A stretch of DNA of 55,793 nt from Coleofasciculus sp. B1-GNL1-01 (GTDB taxonomy: Bacteria > Cyanobacteriota > Cyanobacteriia > Cyanobacteriales > Coleofasciculaceae), in the NCBI GenBank assembly GCA_040220235.1, contig JAVJTO010000172.1; one strand, written 5' to 3'. Positions 20,686 through 30,877 of the stretch are shown here, one piece after another; position 1 is the stretch's first letter, and the number at the start of each line of letters is the position of its first letter. A program made the translations under genes and the position numbers. The notes beneath the pieces are model-generated. The model did no database searches. It saw only the letters and a list, made by a program, of their open reading frames with translations, and was not told where the DNA came from.

Positions 20686-21348
20686 CTATTCCTCTTTCTT
20701 TTTCTGTTCTTCTTCAGCTTTCTTTTTCGCTTTTGCTGCAGCTTGACTAGCTTGAGCTTCCATCTGAGCCACCATAGCGCTGGTGTCTACAGAAACACTT
20801 GCCGCTGGTCCACTACCGATGAGAACCGTAGGACAACCCATTGTAATTTTATTGGGCGGACCTAACGCTTCTAAAACAGTGTTGCCCAGAAAACAAGCTG
20901 GGAGTCCATTAATCAAAACCGATGTACTACCGTCAATAACTACACCAGGTCCGTGGGGGGGTATAGGTAAGGGTGTTGTGCAGGTATGGGTATCAACAGT
21001 AGCGCCAATACCGCCAGCCGCCGCACCTGCAGCTGCTCCACTAGCTGCCATACTGGAGATGAGACTTCCCATCACGCCAGCTATTGTCGCTTTCGTCGCC
21101 TCTTCTGCTGCCTTTGCCACTGGCGCAGCTGGTGTACCAGCCGCATTTAATGTTGCTGTTTCAGCCGTTTTGATAATGGCATCAGATGCTTTTTTGGCAG
21201 ATTGCAAGACAGCTGCTGATGCTGCGGGGATACCCCGCCAAGCTGGTTTTCCGCCAATTAATACATTAAAACTACCGGGTCCGGGTGTTAATGTGGGTGG
21301 AAGGGGATGGGTTACAGTATCGCCAAATCTTGCTGCAGGTTTTCCCAT
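20686..21348 (-). CDS. PAAR-domain spike-tip protein with Ala-rich insertion and charged C-terminal tail
   Basis: MGKPAAR.GD, VLIGGKPAWR, HTC...PHGPGVVIDGS.SVLINGLPA, GCPTVLIG; directly downstream of VgrG. Confidence 0.88.
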   Translation of the reverse strand: MGKPAARFGDTVTHPLPPTLTPGPGSFNVLIGGKPAWRGIPAASAAVLQSAKKASDAIIKTAETATLNAAGTPAAPVAKAAEEATKATIAGVMGSLISSMAASGAAAGAAAGGIGATVDTHTCTTPLPIPPHGPGVVIDGSTSVLINGLPACFLGNTVLEALGPPNKITMGCPTVLIGSGPAASVSVDTSAMVAQMEAQASQAAAKAKKKAEEEQKKKEE

Positions 21349-21365
21349 AATAAGCTCCTATTTGT

Positions 21366-23237
21366 CTAATTAAGTTTAATTGGTGTGCCTTTAACAGCCA
21401 CTGGACCTGTGGCTTTAATATCGATTTTTTGGGCATCTAGGGTAATGCTAGTTCCTTTTATCGTAATGCTGTTACCCATCTTTTTCATAGTAATCGTTGT
21501 TCCACCACATTTCAGTTCAATTTTTCCTCCTCCATCATCTAAGAGAACATAATGACCATTCTGAGTTTGAACTTCTGCCTTTTTGTTTTTATCGTCTAAG
21601 CGAAGATAATGACCATTTTTAGTTTTCGCTTCGATAAATTGCTCAGTATCATTCAAGTGCAAATGATGATTGTATACCGTATCCAGATAAACGCCTTTTT
21701 TACTGCTGCCTTTATCCTCTTCAACAAACTGTAAGGTATGACCCGTGCGAGTTTTCAATGTTCGCAGTCGAACCTTGCCATCCATGACGCTATCAGTCAC
21801 TGCTTCTGGCGGTTTATCTTTGCCATTCCAAACGCCGCCAAGTACATAAGGGTGATGAATATCGCCATGTTCAAACCCGACTAACACCTCATCATTCACC
21901 TCTGGAATACAGTCAAACCCTCGTCCGGGTCCTACACCAGCCGCCGCGATTCGCGCCCAGTAGCTTGCATGTTCTTCGGTTAGAGTAGGAAATTTGACTC
22001 TAACTCGACCCCAACCTTTAGGATCATTATTATCAGTCACAATACCGACGAGTAATGTTTGTCCCGGTTGAAATGGCGCTTCGTGGGATAACAGGGGTGG
22101 GAGATTATCGCCACGTAATCCTCGAATAGTGAATTCTGTAGTGTAAATTCGTTCGTCGAATAGGTGACGGGTTTCGGTTACGTAATACTCTCCACTGTAT
22201 TTGCCTAAATCGCTGAGTTTGATCACCCGTCCTGGTCGAATTTTGGGATTTCCTTCTGCTTTGGCATCAGCATGAACAAATTCTCCGCCTAATTCGTCAC
22301 AAATCGCTTGAGCGATGGTTCTAGCTTCGGGGGCATTGAAGACAGGCTGGTCTACTAAAATCATTTTGGGTGTGGGTGGCTTGCCTTTAAAGCTGGTACT
22401 GGTGCTAGCCCCATCTCCATAATCATTTTGGGTATGGACTTGTCCTCGATTGGCTGTTTCGACAATGGCTTGTTTTTGACTGTAGTCCCAGCCTCGGACT
22501 TCAACTTCACTCACCTGTTCGGCGCTACTGACTCTAACCTGAAAACTATGAACATCTTTGAGCCATTTCAGTTCTAGAGATTCATCAACTTTGGGTTTAC
22601 GGAAGTTTAATTTTCCATCCTGAACAAAAAATTCAAACCCGTTACGGGCGGCGCGTTCACGTAAAAATTCTAGGTTCGTCTGATTTTCTTGAAAGATATA
22701 GCCATTTGACCCATTTATATCCCCATATCCATAGGGTCCACCCGTTTCATCAATCGTACCTGTGGGTATCCCGACTTCCCCAGCAATTTTTTTGACAATA
22801 TCGGTATCGGTCATATTCTGAAACGAACGATTATACCGCCCCCGCCATAGCCGATGAGAAATATCGTAGCCGCGAATCATCATCGGCGCTTCGGAGTCAC
22901 GGGTAAAGTTACATTCCATTGCCGTGATTTCCCCTTCGAGAACATAATCTTTCTCTTCCTCTTCAAACTCTTGGGCTTCGGTGGTACTCGAACCGAACCC
23001 TATCTTAATCGTTTTGCCGATTTCAAATAAGCCAGCATGTCGCCAGGTTTCATCCTCGCTGCGCCCCGGAAAGTAATCATTCTTAATCACTATGGTGAAC
23101 ATTCCAGGAAGATGGATGCTTTCTTCCACTGCGATTTCAATAATGTCGTCCATTAATGCTTTGGACGCTAACTGACCATCAATTTCTAAAATCGGTTCAG
23201 CTACATAAGTAACAGCCATGGCGACCTCTAGAATCAA
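21366..23237 (-). CDS. VgrG-like spike protein (Afp8-like); likely start at 23219
   Basis: Q.NQTNLEFLRERA, VEVRGWD, GIVTDNNDP.GWGRVRVKFP, PEVNDEVLVGFEHGD..PYVLGG.WNG; C-terminal beta-repeats. Confidence 0.92.
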   Translation of the reverse strand: MILEVAMAVTYVAEPILEIDGQLASKALMDDIIEIAVEESIHLPGMFTIVIKNDYFPGRSEDETWRHAGLFEIGKTIKIGFGSSTTEAQEFEEEEKDYVLEGEITAMECNFTRDSEAPMMIRGYDISHRLWRGRYNRSFQNMTDTDIVKKIAGEVGIPTGTIDETGGPYGYGDINGSNGYIFQENQTNLEFLRERAARNGFEFFVQDGKLNFRKPKVDESLELKWLKDVHSFQVRVSSAEQVSEVEVRGWDYSQKQAIVETANRGQVHTQNDYGDGASTSTSFKGKPPTPKMILVDQPVFNAPEARTIAQAICDELGGEFVHADAKAEGNPKIRPGRVIKLSDLGKYSGEYYVTETRHLFDERIYTTEFTIRGLRGDNLPPLLSHEAPFQPGQTLLVGIVTDNNDPKGWGRVRVKFPTLTEEHASYWARIAAAGVGPGRGFDCIPEVNDEVLVGFEHGDIHHPYVLGGVWNGKDKPPEAVTDSVMDGKVRLRTLKTRTGHTLQFVEEDKGSSKKGVYLDTVYNHHLHLNDTEQFIEAKTKNGHYLRLDDKNKKAEVQTQNGHYVLLDDGGGKIELKCGGTTITMKKMGNSITIKGTSITLDAQKIDIKATGPVAVKGTPIKLN

Positions 23238-23807
23238 GACTTGGCACTGAGTTGTGCCGCTGACTGGGAATTTACCCCCGGGGAATTGATGGGAGAATGG
23301 GACAATTTAGGCAGAAAGCAGGGGCTTGAGTGATTAACTTTCCCGTTTATTGCTGACCTGTTTCACTTGCCTGAATTTTACGTTTTGTAAACCAACATCC
23401 AACATCAATAGCCTGTTTAAGATGAATGTAGCATTCATCTGTAAAAATTCAACAGGTAACAATCACAAAAGGTCGGATGCAACCTAAACTATTGTATTGT
23501 CGGTGATTGATAGGGATGGTTTAAGGGGTGCGATCGCGAACGATCTCTAATATCTGTTTAGCTATCCTAACAGATGAATAGTCCCCAAGCGAGAAACCTG
23601 GGTGATAAGTACTCAGACGAAATTCAAGTTGACGGTTGAAATTGGGGAATAGGGAACAGGAACAAGGGATTGAGGGGTTTTACAATTCTTAACTCGATTA
23701 ACAGAATTTATGTTCAGGTACTTATCAACTGTGTGATACCAAATCGGATAGCCTTCCTCATCTTCCCCATCTTCCCCATCCCTACTCGCTACCTGCACCG
23801 TTCTACA

Positions 23808-24317
23808 TTAACGCCTACCACTTTGACGCTGGTTTCCACTCGGTTGGGGCGTTCCCATTCCCGGTTGAGACACAGACTCATCAATCTCTTCCAATGTCAG
23901 GTTCACCGACACTCGGACGGGTGTCCCATCAGGCAGAAACATGGTCAAGTTATAATCAACTTTTGTAACAAAACACCGAATATACTCCTGGGAACCCCAG
24001 GTAAACACATAAGTGGGCGGACGTTTTTCCTTTCCTTCCCCCGACTCGGCAAAATTTACCGCTTTCTCAAACTGTTTTAGATGGCGGAGGACGTTCTCAC
24101 CTGTCTCATAGGTATCAAAAATAATATTGTTAATCGAGAGGGTAACAGGTTCAGGATAGGCAAAGTTTACCTTGGGTAATCCTCGACCTGTTCGCGCTCC
24201 GCTACTTTTTGTTAAGTTAATTTGCTGGCTAAAGGCTAACTGGTTGGGGTTGAACATGAAGTCAATTGTTCCCCCACCATCTGTAGAAATTAGTTGGGCT
24301 TTTACAAGTTGTGACAT
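23808..24317 (-). CDS. CIS tube-initiator-like protein (Afp7-like, no LysM domain visible)
   Basis: FMFNPNQL, IFDTYE, RPP.YVFTWG and MFLPDGTPVR.SV.LTLEE motifs. Confidence 0.8.
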   Translation of the reverse strand: MSQLVKAQLISTDGGGTIDFMFNPNQLAFSQQINLTKSSGARTGRGLPKVNFAYPEPVTLSINNIIFDTYETGENVLRHLKQFEKAVNFAESGEGKEKRPPTYVFTWGSQEYIRCFVTKVDYNLTMFLPDGTPVRVSVNLTLEEIDESVSQPGMGTPQPSGNQRQSGRR

Positions 24318-24764
24318 AATCGATTACCTCGGACTCAGTTTCCCGGCGATTGTCAATGGTTTAATCTCTTTGTCTATACGCTGACTGAGTTTTTCAGCAT
24401 GGCTCTCACTGACCTTACTTTTCACGGGATCTGGAAAACCTCTCTCCAAACCTCTCTCCTTCAAGGAGAGAAGCTTTGAGTTCTCCCCCATGGAACAAAA
24501 AGCGAAGCATCCTCTGGCTTCCCCGTGCAAAAAACGCGAAGCAACATCTGGTCTCCCCTTTTTGAAGGGGGACGGAAGGGGGATCTAAAAGGTAAAGGGA
24601 CTGGGGGGTTAGGTTTGATATCGATTTTTCTAGATGGCGTGAAAAGTCAGCTCACTGACCACTATATCAGAAAGTTGACAGAAAAGACTTTCTGGGTTTT
24701 TTGTCGTGAGCCAGCTTTCAAGATTCAATTAAACGTTTACGTGATTATTTTAAATCTTACTGAA

Positions 24765-25019
24765 TTAAGACGTTCTACTAGAATAATTCTGTGGTTGTGA
24801 TACTGTAGCATCCAATAATTTCACGTAAGCAATGGGCAGGACAAGGGGCCAAAATACCGTGGCAATACCAATAGTGAGTAACGATAAAACTTTTTGCTGA
24901 GGAGATAGTCCTGCTCCTTTTTCGAGAAAGTGTAACCAAGCGGTTAATAAGTAAAGCGCAACCAATATGTAAAAACCAATAAGCAAAAGTGTCATCTTTA
25001 AACTCCAGGCATAAACCAA
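24765..25019 (-). CDS. Small two-TM membrane protein (likely ATG at 24995), paralogue of 25172-25390
   Basis: Shares QQK.LSLLTIGIATV.WPLVLPIAYV.LL.ATVS with its neighbour. Confidence 0.75.
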   Translation of the reverse strand: MVYAWSLKMTLLLIGFYILVALYLLTAWLHFLEKGAGLSPQQKVLSLLTIGIATVFWPLVLPIAYVKLLDATVSQPQNYSSRTS

Positions 25020-25064
25020 GTTAATTCGTTAAACTCTAAAGCCATTTGGAGTGGCTATATTTAT

Positions 25065-25078
25065 GTATTCTCTGTTAC
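25065..25078. promoter_or_regulatory. NtcA-like box (T)GTA-N8-TAC(A)
   Basis: TGTATTCTCTGTTACA, about 70 bp upstream of ATG 24995. Confidence 0.5.
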
Positions 25079-25171
25079 AGCTCTGGAATTCCACTAATAT
25101 TGAGCTTGAGTAGATACACCCTTTCTGAAACAATCTGCCTAATGTTTTGAATTTGGTTCAGCAGAACAACT

Positions 25172-25390
25172 CTACGATCGTGATACGGTAGCGTTTAATA
25201 ACCTTACGTAAGCAATGGGGAGAACAAGGGGCCAACATACGGTGGCGATACCAATAGTGAGTAACGATAAAAGTTTTTGCTGGAGTGTCATTCCCTTTCC
25301 TTGTTTAAAAAAGCGTAACCAAGCGACTAATAAATACAGCGAAATGAGTGCGTATAGACTGATAAGCCAAAGGTTCATAGCAAGACCCAA
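25172..25390 (-). CDS. Small two-TM membrane protein (likely ATG at 25378)
   Basis: Tandem paralogue of 24765-25019. Confidence 0.75.
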   Translation of the reverse strand: MGLAMNLWLISLYALISLYLLVAWLRFFKQGKGMTLQQKLLSLLTIGIATVCWPLVLPIAYVRLLNATVSRS

Positions 25391-25453
25391 GATGTAGATA
25401 AAAACAGGTGGATCAGATTTTAGATTCTGAGAGATATCTGATGTGTTTTGACT

Positions 25454-25494
25454 ATTCTAATTATTCTTCATTGTCCAAATGTAATCTGTGTTAC
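25454..25494 (-). promoter_or_regulatory. Putative class II NtcA promoter: GTAACACAGATTAC-N21-TAGAAT
   Basis: Box at 25481-25494 and -10 at 25454-25459 on the minus strand. Confidence 0.55.
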
Positions 25495-26034
25495 TTGTCC
25501 TTAACTCCGGTGATATTCAGAGAGTCAACTTGTGAGGGACTTGAGAGTAAAGTGTGATGTTTTTTTTGAAGTAATATGATGAAGATCACAGTCATTTCTG
25601 GCTAACTGGTTTAGTGACCATTGCCTATGACACACTGAGCGAAGCGATGTCCTGAGCGTATCGAAGGGTCGAGGTGTTCCCTATTCCCGAAATTTTTGTT
25701 CTGTTTTGATCATAAATACTCTCGAAGAGCCACATTTTTTCGTACAACCTACAGAATTTATGTCTAGGTACTTACGAACCCAGCTTAAGCCAGCGACATT
25801 TTAAGGTTTATCCTTTGTGATCAAACCCTTGTAACACCAAAGTGCTGACGACGAACCTAGCTTAAGTTTGAATTTATTGCTTTGAGTTAAGATGTTAAAC
25901 TCTAAGGGTGATCACTTTTCCTATTCCCCCAATGGTGATCTGATTTTAAAGTTGAGATTGTAGCCGCTTGGCGGATGGGGAAAGGATAGGTTTTGTGGGA
26001 ATGGTATTGGTGCTATCTCGATTGCCTCCATAAA

Positions 26035-26242
26035 TAGGGGCTGCTGAATAAGTGTTGTGGTGAGGGGGAGCTGGGGAAGCTGGAGAAGCTGGGAGAGCTG
26101 GGGGAGCAAGGGTACATTTTCCCTGAGCAAGGTGATGCCATACTTATGAAGGATGCTACCCCATTTCCTTGCACTTTATCCACTGTCAATATGGCTCAAA
26201 GCATTGCTTGATATGGGTTTCGGCTTTTTGCAGCAAGCCCTA
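26035..26242. mobile_element. MITE with TAGGGGCTGCTGAATAA...TTTTGCAGCAAGCCCTA ends and internal 9-mer repeats
   Basis: TIRs visible. Full copy at 43380-43586; partial copies at 10529 and 40028-40128 (reverse). Confidence 0.8.
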
Positions 26243-26330
26243 AATAAATCCGCCCCAAGTAAGCGCTTGATGGGTTTATTTCACAACGTATAATCATTCA
26301 TCCTGGATAATTTAAACGTTAGAAAGTCCG

Positions 26331-29300
26331 ATGAACAAAACCTGGAATCTTTCTCCGTTAGGACGATATTTTCTCAACGTCTTAGCCTTGACGCTAATTT
26401 ATATCGCTACTGCCCAAATTTTTAGCCGTCAGACTATTATCCCCTTGATTTGGATTCCCGCCGGAATTAGTCAAGCCGCCCTTTTGTTACTAGGACGCAA
26501 TCTGTGGCTGGGTGTGGCTTTGGCTGAGTTATCTAGGGCGCTATTTATGGGAATTCCGGGAACGGTTGCGATCGCGTCTTGTTTAGGCTGTACGCTACAA
26601 GCCTTGTGGGGTGTGACGTTGGTTCAATCCTGGGAGATGCATCCCGGGTTAAATCGTCGCCGGGATGTGGTCAAATTCCTGGTGGGTATGGTTCTATTAT
26701 CCTCCCTGGTGAGTCCCACAATTCGTCTGTTGGGTGAAGTTTTGGCGGGGGAATGGGGTGCAGGGGATTGGCTGCGGTGGTGGTTGAGTAATGCGATGGG
26801 ACTTTTAATTGTTACGCCTGTACTGTTGACTCAGGGTTATTCGATGATGCAGTCGGGGGATGAGGGGAATGAGGGAAATGGCGAAGATGGGGGAAATGGG
26901 GACGATAGGGAAGTTATGCAGTTCATTCAACACTTGGGTAAGGGCGGGTTTAGGCACATCTGGGTTAAGTCAGAAACAAGGGTAGTGAAACCCGCCCCTA
27001 CAATATCAACAATCATCTGGCAGGTTGGAGTCTGGCTGATTGGATTGGGAATCGTGAGTGGGTTGGTGTTTGGTGTTGTTTCGATTCCCGCTAGTTCCTC
27101 GGTTATTGTAACAGGTGATAGCCTAACGGTTTCTGAACCAATTGGAGTCCAGTTTCATCAACAACTTGCCACTCAGTTAAACCAGTTGTTAAATCAGCCT
27201 TTCTTTCAGGTTGACTTAAAGTATCTGCTATTTCCGTTTATTTTAGGGTCAGCCCTACAATGGGGTCAACGGATTACAACATTAGGTATTGGTGTAGTCG
27301 CGAGTATCGCTTTTTGGCAACAGGCTGAAAGGTTTGAGTCATTTAATCGGGTTATCGTTTCCCAAGATGTGTTTATCGCCATCTTCGCCATAACCGCCCT
27401 GATTGTCGCCGCTATTGTTAGCGATCGCGCCAAGGGTTATCAAGAATTATGCGATCGCGACACCCAGTCTCGCCATATCGTTGCCCATCTGGATCAACAG
27501 TTTCAGGAACGAACCGCCGCCCTGAAAGCCGCTAATCGCCAACTCTTAGCCGAAGTGGTGGAACAGAAGCAAATGGAGAAGGCGTTGCGGAAAAATGATC
27601 AACGTCTCTCTCTGTTGGTTCAACAAACGCCCCTGGCGGTGATTGAATGGAATACAGAAGGGGATATTGTCGATTGGAATCCGGCGGCGGAAAGCATTTT
27701 TGGCTATAGTCGCGACGAAGCCTTAGGTCATCCGTCTACCCTAATTGTACCTCCGGTTGCCCAAGCTCAAATTAAACAGATTAAAGCTAAACTGTGGTAT
27801 GACAAACAAGTTGCTCGTTCCTGTAATCAGAATATCACTAAAGATGGCAGAACCATTATTTGTGAATGGTACAATACGCCTCTAATTGATAGCCAAGGGA
27901 ATCTTATTGGTATTGCGTCTATGGCATTGGATATTACTCAGCGCCAGGAAACGCAAATGGCGTTACGGGAGAGTGAGGAACGGTTTGCCCTTGCGATTCA
28001 AGCGAATGATAGCGGACTTTTTGATATTAATTTCACAACCAATACCTACTATTATTCCCCCCAATTCCTGCATCTGATTGGTTATCCCGAAGACCGCGAT
28101 ACTCCCAGCTTTGACGAGTTGATGGCACGGGTTCATCCAGAGGATCAGTCGATGGTGAAAATCAGTATTGATCAACTTTTCATCAGTGAACTATCGCAAT
28201 GGAAATTAGAGTTTCGCATGGTTCACGCCAATGGTTCAACCCCTTGGTTTTTATCGCGAGGATTGGTTCTGCGGGATGAAAATGGTAAGGTGACACGCAT
28301 TGTCGGGACGCATACGAATATCAGCGATCGCAAACAAGCAGAAGCCGCCTTACTAGAGAGAGAGGAACAATTCCGCCAACTGGCGGAAAATATTCGGGAA
28401 GTGTTCTTTTTAACCACACCCGATTTAAGCCGCATGTTTTATCTGAGTCCCGCTTATGAGGAAGTTTGGGGACGATCCCGCGAAAGTCTTTACGACCAGC
28501 CGATGACCTGGTTAGATAATATTCATCCTTATGATCGCGATCGCGTGGCGGAGGCGTTAGGGAAACAACTGCAAGGGGAACAAGACTTTGAACAAGAATA
28601 CCGCATTTTACGTCCCGACGGGAGTGAACGCTGGGTTTGGGTGCGGACGTTTCGCGTGTTTAACGACAAGGGTAAAATGACCCGCATTGCTGGGATTGCT
28701 GAAGATATCACTGAACGCAAGCATTCCGAAGCTGAACTGCGCCGTCAAACCCTACAACGGCAACTCTTTGCCGAAATTACGCTGAAGATTCGCCAATCCT
28801 TACAACTGGATGCCATCCTGCAAACGACCGTAACAGAAGTACGCCGGATTTTGCAAGTGGATCGAGTGGTGATCTACCAACTCAATGATGATGGAACTGG
28901 GGTGATTATGACGGAAGCCGTAGTTCCTGGCTGGACACCGATTCAAGGACAGGAGATTTATGATCCCTGTTTTCAGGAAGGCTACCTGGATCAATACCGC
29001 CAAGGACGCATTCGGGCGATCGAGGATCTCTACCAAGCCGACTTAGAACCCTGTCATATCGAACTGTTACAACCCTTTGGTGTGAGAGCGAATTTAGTCG
29101 TTCCCATTCTACAACGAGAGAACCTCTGGGGTCTATTAATTGCCCATCAATGTAGTGGTCCGCGACAGTGGGAAATGTTTGAAATTGAACTGTTGAGTCA
29201 ACTCGCGGATCAGGTAGGAATTGCCCTCGCCCAGAGTCAACTGTTAGAAGAACAAACCCGAATTAGTCAACAATTAGCCGAAAAGAATTTACACCTAGAA

Positions 29301-30767
29301 CAAGCCCGCCAAGAAGCCGAAACCGCCAATCATGCTAAAAGCGAATTCTTGGCGAATATGAGTCATGAACTCCGCACTCCCCTCAACGGTATTTTAGGTT
29401 ATGTTCAAGTTCTAAAACGCGAACCTCATCCCACCGCCAAGCAACAGCAGGGACTGAGTATTATTCAACAGTGTGGGGAACACCTGTTAACCCTACTCAA
29501 CGATATTTTAGACCTGTCTAAAATTGAAGCCCGGAAAATGGATTTATGTGTCAGCGAATTTCAGTTCCCCCATTTTCTAGAAGGAATTATCGAAATGGTT
29601 CGTATCCGTGCTGATGACAAAGCCATTGCGTTTCACTATCAACCTCTCTCTCCTTTACCTAAAATTGTCCGGGGTGATGAAAAACGATTGCGACAGGTGC
29701 TAATTAATCTGTTGGGAAATGCGATTAAATTTACGGATCAGGGGAGTATCACATTTAAAGTGGGCTATACTTCAGCCCAAGAACCAGCGACGGAAGCATC
29801 TAGCACCATGCGTTTTCAAATTGAAGATACCGGAATTGGCATTGCGGCTGAACAATTAAACGATATATTTTTACCCTTCCATCAAATTGGCGATCGGAAT
29901 CGCCAGGTGGAAGGAACGGGATTAGGATTAGCGATTAGTCAGCGATTAGTTCAACTCCTTGGCGGCGAACTGCATGTCGAAAGTCATGTTGGTCAAGGGA
30001 GTACCTTTTATGTTGATTTAGATTTACCTGCCGTCTCTCCGGATCAAGCAACGGATGTGGTGGAAGATCGAGTTATTATTGGATTTCGCGGTTATCCGCG
30101 CAAAATTTTAATTGCTGATGATCAATGGCAAAATCGTTCAATTTTAGTTAACTTGTTGTTACCCTTAGGATTTGAGATACTCGAAGCGATCAATGGTGAA
30201 GACTGTCTCCAGCAAGCACAACAAGACCACCCTGACGCAATTTTAATGGATTTGATCATGCCAAAACTCGATGGATTAGAAGCGACTCGACGGATACGAG
30301 AAATTCCCTCGTTACGGGATACCGTTGTGTTGGCGATTTCAGCCAGCGTTTTTGGAGAAAAACAACAGCAATCTCTCGCCGCAGGTTGTGATGATTTTAT
30401 TGGACAACCTGTACAATCTAAAACTCTCTTTGCTACTCTGCAAAAGCATCTCAATTTAGAGTGGATTTATGAATCTGACGATGCACCTAGTAGTGCTTAC
30501 CCTCCAGCAAGACTGCCTGATCAAAATGCTGAGGTTTTGATTACTCCCTCAAAGATTGTTGCACCGTCTCCCAAGGAGATGAATAGTCTTTATGAATTAG
30601 CGATGATGGGTGATATTAAAGGGATTAGTGAGAAAGCTGATCAACTTGAACAACTCGATTCGCAATGGGTTCCATTTGCCAGGAAACTTCGCCATTTAGC
30701 CAATGGGTTTCAGGAAAAACAAATTCTAGAATTTGTGAAAAAATACATGAACGAGATAGAGGATTAA
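26331..30767 (+). CDS. Hybrid sensor kinase MASE1-PAS x3-cyanobacteriochrome GAF-HisKA-HATPase-REC
   Basis: Three PAS/PAC repeats; GAF with DPCF and PCH; MSHELRTPLN; GTGLGLAIS; REC ILMDLIMP. Confidence 0.93.
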   Translation: MNKTWNLSPLGRYFLNVLALTLIYIATAQIFSRQTIIPLIWIPAGISQAALLLLGRNLWLGVALAELSRALFMGIPGTVAIASCLGCTLQALWGVTLVQSWEMHPGLNRRRDVVKFLVGMVLLSSLVSPTIRLLGEVLAGEWGAGDWLRWWLSNAMGLLIVTPVLLTQGYSMMQSGDEGNEGNGEDGGNGDDREVMQFIQHLGKGGFRHIWVKSETRVVKPAPTISTIIWQVGVWLIGLGIVSGLVFGVVSIPASSSVIVTGDSLTVSEPIGVQFHQQLATQLNQLLNQPFFQVDLKYLLFPFILGSALQWGQRITTLGIGVVASIAFWQQAERFESFNRVIVSQDVFIAIFAITALIVAAIVSDRAKGYQELCDRDTQSRHIVAHLDQQFQERTAALKAANRQLLAEVVEQKQMEKALRKNDQRLSLLVQQTPLAVIEWNTEGDIVDWNPAAESIFGYSRDEALGHPSTLIVPPVAQAQIKQIKAKLWYDKQVARSCNQNITKDGRTIICEWYNTPLIDSQGNLIGIASMALDITQRQETQMALRESEERFALAIQANDSGLFDINFTTNTYYYSPQFLHLIGYPEDRDTPSFDELMARVHPEDQSMVKISIDQLFISELSQWKLEFRMVHANGSTPWFLSRGLVLRDENGKVTRIVGTHTNISDRKQAEAALLEREEQFRQLAENIREVFFLTTPDLSRMFYLSPAYEEVWGRSRESLYDQPMTWLDNIHPYDRDRVAEALGKQLQGEQDFEQEYRILRPDGSERWVWVRTFRVFNDKGKMTRIAGIAEDITERKHSEAELRRQTLQRQLFAEITLKIRQSLQLDAILQTTVTEVRRILQVDRVVIYQLNDDGTGVIMTEAVVPGWTPIQGQEIYDPCFQEGYLDQYRQGRIRAIEDLYQADLEPCHIELLQPFGVRANLVVPILQRENLWGLLIAHQCSGPRQWEMFEIELLSQLADQVGIALAQSQLLEEQTRISQQLAEKNLHLEQARQEAETANHAKSEFLANMSHELRTPLNGILGYVQVLKREPHPTAKQQQGLSIIQQCGEHLLTLLNDILDLSKIEARKMDLCVSEFQFPHFLEGIIEMVRIRADDKAIAFHYQPLSPLPKIVRGDEKRLRQVLINLLGNAIKFTDQGSITFKVGYTSAQEPATEASSTMRFQIEDTGIGIAAEQLNDIFLPFHQIGDRNRQVEGTGLGLAISQRLVQLLGGELHVESHVGQGSTFYVDLDLPAVSPDQATDVVEDRVIIGFRGYPRKILIADDQWQNRSILVNLLLPLGFEILEAINGEDCLQQAQQDHPDAILMDLIMPKLDGLEATRRIREIPSLRDTVVLAISASVFGEKQQQSLAAGCDDFIGQPVQSKTLFATLQKHLNLEWIYESDDAPSSAYPPARLPDQNAEVLITPSKIVAPSPKEMNSLYELAMMGDIKGISEKADQLEQLDSQWVPFARKLRHLANGFQEKQILEFVKKYMNEIED

Positions 30768-30877
30768 AGTTTTTGGGTTTGGTTTGTAGGGGCGGATTTT
30801 ACTACTATCGCGTTTTCCTTAACCCAAATGTAACTAAACCCGCCCCAACCAAGTGCATAACGAATGACAAATGACAA

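Noticed and set aside
20783..21373. 196-aa plus-strand ORF
   Set aside because: Antisense shadow of the Ala-rich PAAR gene.
17587..24317. Prophage or canonical T6SS
   Set aside because: No capsid, terminase, integrase or TssJLM/ClpV; the gene set fits an eCIS-type system.
24324..24800. Short ORFs upstream of the CIS tube-initiator gene
   Set aside because: They are composed of common palindromic and G-rich intergenic repeats.
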